Source: Octopus bimaculoides (Eukaryota). Taken from it: a stretch of DNA of 64,000 nt. Under the pieces are notes generated by a model. The model did not search any database. It was not told the DNA's origin and saw only the letters and a list, made by a program, of their open reading frames with translations. Positions 36,840-47,865 of the stretch are shown in pieces; position 1 is the first letter of the stretch, and the number at the start of each line of letters is the position of its first letter. Location: the NCBI RefSeq assembly GCF_001194135.2, contig NC_068981.1, positions 147,698,108 through 147,762,107 on the forward strand, read 5' to 3'. The position numbers were made by a program, and so were the translations under genes.

Positions 36840-36956
36840 GGTATTCTTTTTTAAAGCCTGGTACTTATTTTACTGGTCTCTTTTGCTGCAGAACCACTGT
36901 TATGGGGATGTAAACAAACCTCCACCACTTGTCAAGTGGTGCTGGGGAACAAACAC

Positions 36957-36987
<31 letters not shown>

Positions 36988-37140
36988 TCACAGGCTTCTT
37001 TCAGTTTCCATCTACCAAATCCACTTACAACTCAGTGCTATAGTAGAAGACACTTGCCCAAGATCTCACAATGTGGAACTGACCCCAGAAACCATGTGGT
37101 TGGGAAGCAAACTTCTTACCACACAGCCACACTTGTGCCT
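36840..37140 (-). mobile_element. SINE-A with internal (CA)n
   Basis: Both halves present. Confidence 0.82.
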
Positions 37141-37316
37141 ATTGTTAACAATTATTCAAAAGTTTGGTTGTGTCCATCTCTTTTACTGAATTCCTACAAA
37201 CTATTATTTTCCCCAGGATTTGAAATTGCCCACCACCACCATCATCATCATCATCATCATCATCGTCATCACCATTATCACCATCATCATCACCATCATC
37301 ATCATCATCATCACAA

Positions 37317-37347
<31 letters not shown>

Positions 37348-37374
37348 TGCTACCGCCAAAACCACCACCACCAT

Positions 37375-37655
37375 CATCATAATCCAGTCTGATCTAGCAA
37401 GGTTTCTACAGCTGGATACCCTTCCTAACGTCAACCACTCCGAGAGTGTGGTGGGTACTTTTTTATGTGCCACTGGGATCGAAGCCAGTCAGGTGGCACT
37501 GGCATCGACCACACTCGAATGTTGCTTTTTATGTGCCGCCAGCACGTATACCAGCCAGGTGGCACTGGCATCTGTCATGCTCGAATGGTGCTTTTTATGT
37601 GCCAGCAGCACTAGCATTGACCACGCTCGAATGGTGCTTTCTACATGCCACCGGC
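37375..37655 (-). mobile_element. RTE-1 3' UTR with about four tandem subunits
   Basis: tgcttttt atgtgcc..ctcgaatg units. Confidence 0.82.
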
Positions 37656-38249
37656 ACAGTTTTTGTTTTTCTTTCCTTTATTATTATACCTCTAATAGTC
37701 TACTTCTATACTAATTTCTAAGATTTTCTCTTCCCCATATCTTGGTAACGTAACTTTTCCAGTTCATATGCATATATATAGGACCATGTATGCATTTTCT
37801 CTAAACTCCGTCACTTTTGCCACCACCTCTGTCATCATTGTCATCACCACCACCTCCATCACTGGTGTCACCATCATCATTATTATACACATCACTTAAT
37901 GTCTGTTACCATACTGGCATGGGTTGGAAGGTTTGCAAGAGCTGGCAAACCACAAACCTAATCCTTGGGACCATATTCCTCACCACGAGGAGAGTGGATA
38001 ACTGTGGCAATCTTGCATGAGTGTGTGTTGCTATAATTGTACTTGTAGAGTATAATTGTTTAACCCTTTTGATACCAACCTACTTGAGACTGCTTCTAGT
38101 CCCATGATACAAATTGCCTATTTTAATGTGTTCTATATTGAAGCCTCTTGTAATGATTTTTAGCAATCACACAAATCTCAGGAAAAAAAAAAGAAATAAA
38201 CAAAAGAAGAAAAGAAAAGAACAAACAAAATAAATCATTTACTAGTTAA

Positions 38250-38473
38250 CCCTTATATACCCCTGGTTGTGTTTTCGCAATGCAAACCTGCTCCTACTTG
38301 TATGGACATGAACTCACATCTGACTGAGCATATGAAATGTTCAGTTGGTAGTTGACACCCGTAGCTAACAGTTGCATACTGTCCTTTTCTTCCAGATTGT
38401 GAAAGCTTACCATAACGTTTAATCTAAATACAGTGAAATTTTAAGACTTCATTTTTTTATGGGCATATATGGG
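38250..38473. mobile_element. piggyBac-type MITE
   Basis: TTAA on both sides; TIRs cccttatataccc / gggcatatatggg (2 mismatches). Confidence 0.65.
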
Positions 38474-38854
38474 TTAAGACTATATGTATTCAGTGGAAAG
38501 TTTAAGATTTTATTGAAGATCAAGATTGAAGATAATAAAGATTATGTAAGATTAATGATTATTTTAAATTAAAAATGAAAGATAATTTAAGATCAATTTA
38601 AGGATAAATGATTATGAATATTAATTAAAACTGAGATTTTGTTTTTGAGGATTGTAGAGATTATTTAAGATTAAAGATGACTAAAGATTAAGATTATTTA
38701 AAAATTAAGTCATTGAAAATTAAAAATTTTATTTCCCTATTGCAATGATGAAGGTTATGGATCTACGGTTGTGTTCTTTCTTTGGAAATGTCTAAAGCAC
38801 AAAATATCCAATACTTCTTTTATATACAGTGGCCCATCCTTGGGTGGCTCTTGT

Positions 38855-39027
38855 AGCATTAACAAATTACATTGGCCCAAGTGTTTCACAGGTACTTAAT
38901 TTATCGACTCCAGATGGATGAAAGGCAAAGTTAATTTCAGCAAAATTTGAATTCAGAATATGAACACAGGTGAAATACCACCAAGCATTTTGTCCAGCAT
39001 GCTAAGATTCTGCCTGTTCACCACTTT
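38855..39027 (-). mobile_element. SINE-B
   Basis: ggtacttaatttatcgac..ggatgaaaggcaaag..ccacttt. Confidence 0.82.
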
Positions 39028-39132
39028 AATAATAATAATAATAATAATAATAATATTTAAAAAAAAGATTGACATAACTCTTCACGAAGGTAAATAGTCA
39101 AAACGAAGAGCGCGATTTTAGATGTTTTATTT

Positions 39133-39177
39133 TTTGAACAACATTTCGACAGAACGTCTGTCTTTCTCAAGTTCAAA
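39133..39177 (-). ncRNA. Minimal type I hammerhead ribozyme variant (3' pLTR)
   Basis: UUUGAAC-UUGAGAAA-GACAG acguu CUGUC-GAA-AUGU-U-GUUCAAA. Confidence 0.65.
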
Positions 39178-39360
39178 CCAAAAGGTGATTGAAAATTCAA
39201 AATTTCAGAAACCAAACGTAGACTATGAACGTGAGTAATCAGCGTCCATACGTTGATAGAATGACATCATCAGCTTTTGTCAGTTTTTTAATAAGCAGAA
39301 AGAAAGAAAGAAAAAGGAAGACGACAGTAAAAGAAAAGAAAAAGAGAGAAAGAAGAATAT

Positions 39361-39911
39361 TCAATCAAACAGTTTTGTATAAATTTGATGATATTCTCCT
39401 GTCATCTTATTCATTCCTCCAGGGTGTGATGTCAATAACCCGCAAACATATTTCTCCTCATACATTCTGAGAAGTGAAAGTGGGGTANNNNNNNNNNNNN
39501 NNNNNNNNNNNNNNNNNNNNNNNNNNNNNNNNNNNNNNNNNNNNNNNNNNNNNNNNNNNNNNNNNNNNNNNNNNNNNNNNNNNNNNNNNNNNNNNNNNNN
39601 NNNNNNNNNNNNNNNNNNNNNNNNNNNNNNNNNNNNNNNNNNNNNNNNNNNNNNNNNNNNNNNNNNNNNNNNNNNNNNNNNNNNNNNNNNNNNNNNNNNN
39701 NNNNNNNNNNNNNNNNNNNNNNNNNNNNNNNNNNNNNNNNNNNNNNNNNNNNNNNNNNNNNNNNNNNNNNNNNNNNNNNNNNNNNNATGGTATTCACTTC
39801 ACTCATGTTGTTGCACAATGAACAGGGCTTACCTCTCTTGCGGCTGTTCTTTAAGGTACAGCGTGTAGATACTCCAATGTTCGTTTTCTTGGAGTCAGAT
39901 ATAGAGGTCAA
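39361..39911 (-). pseudogene. PLE ORF C-terminal part (linker Zn knuckle plus GIY-YIG endonuclease; core in an N gap)
   Basis: GVSTRC..GKPCSLCNNM before the gap; LLRMYEEKYVCGLLTSHPGGMNK..FD* after it, matching the R..E..I..L.T..P.G.N end motif. Confidence 0.75.
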
Positions 39912-39984
39912 TATGGACGCTGATTACTCACGTTCATAGTCTACGTTTGGTTTCTGAAATTTTGAATTTTCAATCACCTTTTGG

Positions 39985-40029
39985 TTTGAACTTGAGAAAG
40001 ACAGACGTTCTGTCGAAATGTTGTTCAAA
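39985..40029 (+). ncRNA. Minimal type I hammerhead ribozyme variant (inverted pLTR)
   Basis: Identical to the minus-strand copy at 39133-39177. Confidence 0.65.
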
Positions 40030-40065
40030 AAATAAAACATCTAAAATCGCGCTCTTCGTTTTGAC

Positions 40066-40096
<31 letters not shown>

Positions 40097-40369
40097 CTAC
40101 CAGGCCTACCATCTCTACAGAAAGGGCAAAGAATCGTGTTAACTGGAATGACTCATGTACTGAGAAGAGCATTATCACTGTGAAAACAACATCCATTCAT
40201 AAATTTATTTATTTTTTTTACATACATATTTTGCCTGTGAATCTGTGTGTGTAAACTGAGAATGCATACAATGAGCTTCTCTGCCCTAGGCGTACGGAAA
40301 ATGGAAGAAAATTTGAAGAAAGAAGATAATAATAATAACAACAACAACAACAACAACAACAACAATAAT

Positions 40370-40672
40370 AATTTTTCTACTCCAGGCACAAGGCCCGAAA
40401 TTTTTGGGGGAGGGTCCAGTCGATTAGATCGACCTCAGTATGCAACTGGTACTTACTTTATCAACCCCAAAAGGATGAAAGGCAAAGTCGACCTTGGCGG
40501 AATTTGAACTTAGAACGTAAAGACCGACAAAATACCTCTAAGCATTTTGCCCAGCATGCTAACAGTTCTGCCAGCTCACCGCCTTAATAATAATATATCG
40601 GTCCCAGTGTTTCACTGGTACTTAATTTATTGACGCCGAAAGGATGAAAGGCAAAATCAACCTCAGCGGAAT
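40370..40672 (-). mobile_element. SINE-B full copy (40370-40586) plus partial copy (40598-40672)
   Basis: Well-preserved body flanked by (AAT)n/(AAC)n. Confidence 0.88.
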
Positions 40673-40673
40673 C

Positions 40674-40723
<50 letters not shown>

Positions 40724-41544
40724 AATAAGAAGCTTTTAAAAAATGCAAATGAAATTCTTATATTTATAAAACATCATCACAACTTATTTTTGAAGCTAAA
40801 GTAACAACAATAATAATAATAATTTATTACAATAAATGTGTTTGTCTTCATTTGCTATGTCTTCTAATAATTCAATATTATTTGGCAAAATGTTGAAAAT
40901 GAAAGGTTAATGTTATGAAGGCTGTGTCTTCATTACTTGACATTGAGTCTGAATTAACTGTAGCCATCTGACATTCGAGATAATATTTAATCCCCTCTCT
41001 TGAGAGATAGCCTATAACATCAGAAGAACATTGAGTCATGAGGCTAGGCTATAGGTTATTGTTGAAGCTGATTGAGAGAATGCCAAGACTACATACATAG
41101 TTATTGCAGCAAAGAAATTCCCCATGTCTTATTATTCATACGATTGGTCAAACTGACGGGTCGAATTCCTTTTATATCTGATTGGTCAGCTTCCTCTATA
41201 GATGACAGATCTATGATAAAGAGAGGGAGAGAGAGAGAAAGAAAGAGAGAGAGAGAGGTGGTGAGAGGGAGAGGGCATGTGAGGGAGAGAAGAGAGTAGA
41301 GTTGCTAAGAAATGCCAAGATTAAGCAATGTAATAGAAAAGAAAATGTTGGAAGAGTTGCAAGAGAGAACGCAGAGGCTAAGACAAACTAGAAAGAGGTG
41401 ATTTTACAGACTTGCTCCATTGTATCAGGTTTGGGAAATATAAAAACATGACTGGTGAAGAGAATAAAGACGATGACAGGAACAACAATGAGGATTATAA
41501 TTTGGCTCACCATTATTTTCTTGTGGTCCTATTGATCATCAGCA

Positions 41545-42195
41545 TGAGGGATCTTCAACATGATTGTTCACCTTACCAGAAATAGTAGTTTATTTCTAAT
41601 CCTAACTACTAAATCTACTAGATGTAGCAGTCAATTCCTTCAAATCAACATGTGCTGTTTGAAATTTAGAAAGGATACAGGATGGTCACGGCTGGAGATC
41701 CTTTGATCATCGGTTGACTCAATGAAAATTGACCAGCAACAACAACAAGAAAAATAAATGACTGAATCAACAAAGGAGCCTCTTCATGATTGCTTGACTT
41801 GGTAGAAATAGCTGCCAAATTTCCTTTAAATCAAACCCTATTATCTTGAATAAGGAGCTACCCAGCTAGAAACAGCAGGTTATTTCTAATCCTAATTTTT
41901 AAGTCTACTAAAAGTAGCAGTTAATGTTCCTTAAAATTACAACCTACTGTTTGAAATCTAGAAAGGGCAGATAAAATAATGTAGTTCTGTCAATCATTAA
42001 AAAGGCTGAGTGATCAGAGTTAGAATGCCTTTGATCACTGGTCTGCATAAGACTGACCATCACCACTGTCACCAAAAACAACAACAACAGCAGCAACAAT
42101 AAACAATCATTTAGCAAAGAAATGAACCTCTTTGTGACTGCTCGGCTTGCTAGAAATAGCAGCCATATCTCCCTCAAATCACACCCTACCATCTT
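41545..42195. repeat. Cluster of Rep-D copies in both orientations
   Basis: gaaatagcagcca..tccctcaaatcacaccctaccatctt and ggatggtcacggctgga..ctttgatca motifs. Confidence 0.7.
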
Positions 42196-42286
42196 AGCTA
42201 AAGAATCATATATGCCCTTTAATCCAAAATAGCTGATTATTTGTTGTTACTGTTTTGTCCAAAGTTTAACTCTGATTAAGCAGACT

Positions 42287-43911
42287 CAAAGAGTGTTTGT
42301 GCTAAATTTGACAATTTTGCTTATGCCTCCTTTTTTTCCAGGAACAGCTTGATGCATTGGTGAACAGTCAAAGGCATTGGAGAGCATAGAGATTAAGGTT
42401 ATAGTTGAGAAAAAGTTGGCTGACATAGAGCACTGAAAGCCATCAGAATATTGGAAAAGAGTTACTTGTATGACAATGATTCATACTGGATATCAAAATG
42501 TCAACATCATGACTGCTGCTGCTGCTCAATGTTCTGTGAACACATGTAAACACTGTATGGACAGCTATAACAGAGATTATGAAGCTATGACCAGCAAGAA
42601 AGGACACAGCAGGTGTTCTGACTACATCCACATGCTTACGATCCATCCAGCAACATCAGGACAAGGTGGTGGAAGATCCAAGCAAAGGAATCTGGGCTTT
42701 GACAAGAGAGCCGGGTGTCAGAGTCACTACCATGAAGCTGGCCCTGAATGAGGAACTTTGCTACCACTCATACAAGAAGCACGAGGGACAAATTCTGACA
42801 GCTAAGGCCAAGGAGAACCACTTGACGAAAGCAAAGAGGCTCCTAAACAAGCTGAGGCACCCTGTTAAGCTAGGGATGATCTGGTTCTTCTCAGACAAAA
42901 AGAATTTCTGCCAGGAACAGTTGTGCAACACCAAGAGCAACAAGTGGCTTACCTACAACCTATGTGATGTCCTGCTGAGACCCCCTTTGGTCATGACTGA
43001 CCATGGAATTGCACCTAGAAAGTTAGGCAAGGCTGTTTATGGAAGACCAGCAGTCACCCATGCATGCCGGCCTCCCCTCTCCATGCCACTGATGTTATCC
43101 AAGAGAAAGGCAAAGACCAATACAGCTTGGCACCTGTGATGTCACAACTCATTTCTACAGCTGAGTGAACTGGAGCAATGTGAAATAAAGTGTCTTGCTC
43201 AAGAACACAACATGCAGCCCGGTCTGGGATTTGAACTCACAACCTCACGATCGTAAGCTCAATGCTCTAACCACTGAGCCATGCACCTTCACATATGTGA
43301 TGTCCTATGTACCATGAAAACTAGGTTTCCCCAAACTGTCATGGTCTTTGGGTATGTGACCAGTGAGGGTAATGTTATGCCACCCCACATCTTTGAACAG
43401 GGCCTTATGTTCAATACAGATGGCTATGTGAAGCTACTGGAGACTGTGGTCAATCTCTGGATGGAGAAGGTGCTCCTGGAGGACCATATGTGTGGTAGCA
43501 AGATTAGGGTCCATGCCATATCTTCAGAAAGTGTTCGAAGTGGTTGTTGAGGATTTCTATCACTTCACCAGCCCCAACTGTTGGCCCTCTAATTTTCCCT
43601 GATTGTAATCCCATGGATTACTGTGTGAGGGACATGGACGAGAAAGACACCAACTGCTTTGCTTGCAACATCAAGGCTGAGTTGGTGGCCAAGATCAAGG
43701 AGGTATTTGAAGATTTTCTCAGAAACACAGATTCCATAGCTATCTTGAGGCCATGGCGGAAGCTAAGGGTTGCTACGTTGAGCAAACTGTTATCTCCCAT
43801 CCTTAATCTAGTTGATATCTTCTGATTTTTTTAAATGCTTTATTTTTAGATGGGATATTGTGTTTTCCTTTCCTTTAATGTAAACTGTTAAATTTAGCCC
43901 AAACACCTTAG
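42287..43911 (+). mobile_element. maT-like (DD37D) transposon, decayed, interrupted by SINE-C
   Basis: IWFFSDKKNF..; MKTRFPQTVMVFG..SEG.VMPPHIF; W*QD*GPCH..WP.N.PDCNPMDY gives 37 residues between the aspartates after frameshift repair; TIR remnants gtgtttg.gctaaattt.aca at both ends. Confidence 0.82.
42974..43293 (-). mobile_element. SINE-C, full length, 13-bp TSD
   Basis: TSD tatgtgatgtcct (42961-42973, 43294-43306); A box tggctcagtggttagagc; B box gttcaaatcc. Confidence 0.92.
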
Positions 43912-44129
43912 TAAATTCTGAACTACATTATCCAACATGTCTGTCCTTCCTTTTCCTAAGATTATGGTGTTTGATATGCAGTTACTTCTAGCTGGTTGAG
44001 TAACTGCATACAGATTATTTCATGGGGTCATCTAACTTTATGTAAGAGGATTAGATGATAATGAAGTAAAAGAAAGTAATTTTTTTCTAAAATTACTCTC
44101 ATTAGCACAAGATTACTAATTACTAATTT

Positions 44130-44415
44130 AATATTTTAATTGCTTCAGTCAAAGAAATGCAGCCATGCTGGGGCACAATCTTAGGGGTTTAGTCAAATAA
44201 ATCAACCCCAGTAGTCAAGTGATGGTGGTGAAAGGATGAACACAAACACAGAGAGACACATACATATATGTATGATGGGCTTCCACACAGTTTCCATCTA
44301 TCAAATCCAGCTTGGGGCTATGGTAGAAGACACTTGTCCAATGTGTCATGCAGTGGGACTGAACCTGAAACCACGTGGTTGCAAAGCAAACTTCCTAACC
44401 ATACAAACATGTTTG
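44130..44415 (-). mobile_element. SINE-A, internally deleted
   Basis: Both termini recognisable. Confidence 0.78.
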
Positions 44416-44789
44416 CGCCAATGCATGGGTACAAGTTGTTGACACAGACAAGCAAAGGTGTCTCTGATAGGATTTAAAATCAGAATTTAAACGAATGAAA
44501 CTAAATCTTGTTAAATACTTAGTCTGGTGCGCCAGCATTTTATGCTAATATATTTCCATCGAATTAAGAATTTGACAATTCTAACATATCTTTATCTTTG
44601 AACATTTACTTGTATTAATTACTAGATTGTGACCACGCTAGTGCACCTCCTTGAAGGGTGTGAAAATTAATCAAACATTTCCTAGGGGTGCAGAGCACAG
44701 AAAAGGTTGAGAGTCATTGCCCCAAATCATGCATACTATAATGATAATAATGATGATGATGATGATGACGACGACAATGACGACAATGA

Positions 44790-44821
<32 letters not shown>

Positions 44822-45679
44822 ATGATGACGACGACGACGATGATGATGATGAAAATAATAAAATATACTAATAATAAAAAAAAATTAATGATGCAAAGAG
44901 GAATTTCAATTTTGTTATAGTATTAGAAAAAAAATCTGAATAATATAAAATCTGTTATTTAAAATAAAAATATAGTATACACTAAATATATATCACTATA
45001 TATTAAAATGTATTAATATGAGATACGAGTTTCATTATTGATATTTTCCTGTTGTTTTTGTTATTTTCATTTTTGTAGTAGGAATAATAGTAGCATATAA
45101 CAAAGTAGACCAATTCCTGCCTTCGGTGTTAACCAGCTAAGCAGCAGAGAGGTATTGATGAAACTCCAGAGAATTAATACTGAATTGATTTGAGACTTTC
45201 ATGAAAGCTCTGAAGATTAAGCTACACAATTCAGACAGGAGGAGGAGGAAAGCTGGTCCCAATAGCCTAAACACATACAGTGTAGTCATGAAAATGAATG
45301 GACAAAACACTTCTGGTATAGATTATGCCAAGTCACAACACACAGATAGAATTATACAAGCCTCAAAGAAATCAGTATTGTTTGCTAGATAAGGTATTTA
45401 CGCTGCAGTACTTTTGTGTTGAAACAGTATTGAATTTTTTCGACTCCATCTCAAATATTATTGGATAATGTTTTGATCTGTTTAAATGTTATTTTATAAT
45501 AAGCACTTGAGGATAACTGAAACACAAATGAGATTTTCAGTTACCATTGTCGTTATTTTCGTTGTCATAATTTCTATGATTTTGGGAATGAAGTCATGTC
45601 TAGGTCATTGGAAATATTTTTGCCTTTTGGGACTGCTAAAGTACATATACATACATACATACTAGATTAACTTCTAATG

Positions 45680-45895
45680 AGGAGCCTCTATGTTTTCACT
45701 CAAACTGCTAGAAACAGCAACCAAATTTCCAGGAAATCACATTCTACTGTGTTATAAAAAGAAAGATATAAAGAAGAGTAATGTGGTCTTTATACTGTAT
45801 CTAAAGCTAAAATGATTGGATAATAATGGTTGGAACAATTTTGATTATAGATTAGTTGAATCAGAGCTGATATGGGGGCTAAACAGCAACAATAG
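45680..45895 (+). repeat. Rep-D copy
   Basis: ggagcctctatg..ctgctagaaacagc..ggggctaaacagcaac. Confidence 0.72.
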
Positions 45896-46039
45896 CTATA
45901 GAAAGAAGAAACGGATCATGTGAGGAAGGTCAGACTGACAGGAAGTTGGATATGAAGTGTTTGTAGGTTAAGGGTCTCAAACTTGAAGCCAACCAGAAGA
46001 GTCTTTGGCAAACAGACATTCAATACCTTTTATGTTTTA

Positions 46040-46226
46040 CTTTTTTCAGTTATTGAACTGTGGCCTAGCTGGGGCACTGCCTTGAAGGGTTTAATTAAAC
46101 AAATTGACCCCAGTACTTATTTAAGTCTGATATTTATTCAGAATTTACTGAATCACTAAGTTTCAGGGATGTAAACAAACCAGCTCTTGTTGTTAAGCAG
46201 TGGTGGAGAACAAACATATACACAAA

Positions 46227-46285
<59 letters not shown>

Positions 46286-46455
46286 ACATATGTATATTTA
46301 TACATGACAAGCATCCACATAGTCTCTGTTTACAAAATTCACTCACAAAACACCAGTTGGTCCAGAGCCATAGTAGAAGACAGTTGCTTAAGATGCTGTA
46401 CTTCAGGACTGAACGTAAGACAATAAGCTTGCAAAGTGAGTTTCATAACTATGGC
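46040..46455 (-). mobile_element. SINE-A with internal (CA)n
   Basis: Both halves present, degraded. Confidence 0.78.
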
Positions 46456-46699
46456 CTTCTTCAGACAGCAGAAATAATTAATATTCTTAGTCCTGTTGAT
46501 CTCTAGGTCATGTTGATTTCTAGGTCATGTTGATCTCTTGGTCATGTTGACATTGAAGCCACTTGACTCAAATGTTTAAACTTTGTTCAGTCATGTAGGT
46601 TATGTACTTGACCTCTATAAGTACTATGCTTTCATGGCTATAAACTAAATTTCTTACGAAAAAGCCTCAAAGCTCCATCAACTGAACTTGTCGATATCT

Positions 46700-46930
46700 G
46701 ACCAATAAAAGAGCCTCCTCAATGCATTCACTGGAGGTGCAAGAAAACAAACCGAATCATATTTAAATCATACCTAAATACCTTAGGAAGAAGGTCATAT
46801 TGGAGAATGTTGTCTTAGAAATATTATCTGAAAAACGAGAAAAGACAGGGAATAATATTATCATGCTTGAGACACTTTTGATCATAGGTTTGCTGAATTT
46901 GAGCTGACTTGGGGCTAAAAATCAACAATA
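46700..46930 (+). repeat. Rep-D copy
   Basis: agagcctcc..ttttgatcatagg..ggggctaaaaatcaac. Confidence 0.65.
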
Positions 46931-47414
46931 ACAATTATCACTACCAAAACCATTACAACCACCACCACTGTTACCTTGAATCTGACCACCACATCACCAT
47001 CATCAACAACAACATCATCCTCACTAATACCAACACTATGAGATAGCCCATCAGCATCACTACCAACAACATGCCTGAGCTAATAAGGGAGCATTGACGT
47101 GAATGGGAAAGGGGTGAGGGGATGAATGTAAGAAATACAAAACAAGGGTTGAGGAGTGGATGTAGTGAATGGTAGACAAGGATGGAGAGGTGATCAAGAA
47201 TACATATGAATTGGGGGAAGGTTGGGGAAAGTAAGTGATGAATGACAGTACAGAAAAGCTGAGAATCAGAATAATAATAATACAGTAGACAGGAGAAGGA
47301 TGAGAGAAAGGGAGCTGACATGCGAGTTGATAGGTTGAAAGAGTGTGAGGGAAGAAGCAGACAGAGCATGAGGAGAGTCAGGGATAATTTGGTGGTGTAA
47401 AATGGTGATTAATG

Positions 47415-47865
47415 ATCCTTTCTATTATAGGCACAAGGCCTGAAATTTTTGGGGGGGTGGAGGCTAGTCGATTGCATCAACCCCAGAGTGTAACTGGTAC
47501 TTATTTCATTGACCCTGAAAGGATGAAATACAAAGTCAACCTGAGTGAATTTGGATTGAGAATGTGACAAAATGTAGCTAAGCGTTTTGCCCAGCATGCA
47601 AATGATTCTGCCAGTTTGCCACCTTAATGGTGATTAATAATAGAATAAGTAAATAATGGCTTCAAATTTTGGCACAAGGCCAGCAGTTTTTGAGGGGAGG
47701 GGGAAATAAATTACATTGATTTAATTTCTTGACTAGCACTTATTTTATTGACTCCAAAAGAATGAAAAGCAAAGTCAACCTTGGTGAAATTTGAGCTAAA
47801 AATGTGAACATGGACAAAATGCCATTAACAACTTTGTTGGGTGAGCTAAAAGCTCTGCCAAATCA
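47415..47865 (-). mobile_element. Two tandem SINE-B copies (47415-47625, 47655-47865)
   Basis: ggcacaaggcc..gaaaggatgaaa..aagtcaacc occurs twice. Confidence 0.85.

Larger units (their letters stand above)
39062..40067 (-). mobile_element. Penelope-like element (Neptune-type?), 5'-truncated, with an inverted 5' pLTR
   Basis: Cys-rich linker and GIY-YIG-type C-terminus on the minus strand; 156-bp perfect inverted repeats 39095-39250 / 39912-40067; AATAAA after the hammerhead fold. Confidence 0.8.

Noticed and set aside
39095-40067. Reading the 156-bp inverted repeat as DNA-transposon TIRs or a pure assembly artefact
   Set aside because: There is no TSD or DDE remnant, the left copy continues into further element sequence, neither copy abuts the gap, and the interior has PLE motifs. 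An artefact is not fully excluded without long reads.
43205-43293. tRNA-like sequence with A and B boxes
   Set aside because: It is the head of a TSD-bounded SINE and lacks a complete acceptor stem; the same applies to the other SINE heads.
45201-45392. 63-aa ORF in unique-looking DNA after a pyrimidine-rich AG
   Set aside because: No recognisable domain; the frame from the upstream acceptor closes early.
46495-46550. 17-bp unit repeated three times (also a 25-bp unit twice at about 58660-58710), and the spaced RTE UTR units
   Set aside because: Ordinary minisatellites: no unique constant-length spacers, no cas genes and a eukaryotic context, so not CRISPR.
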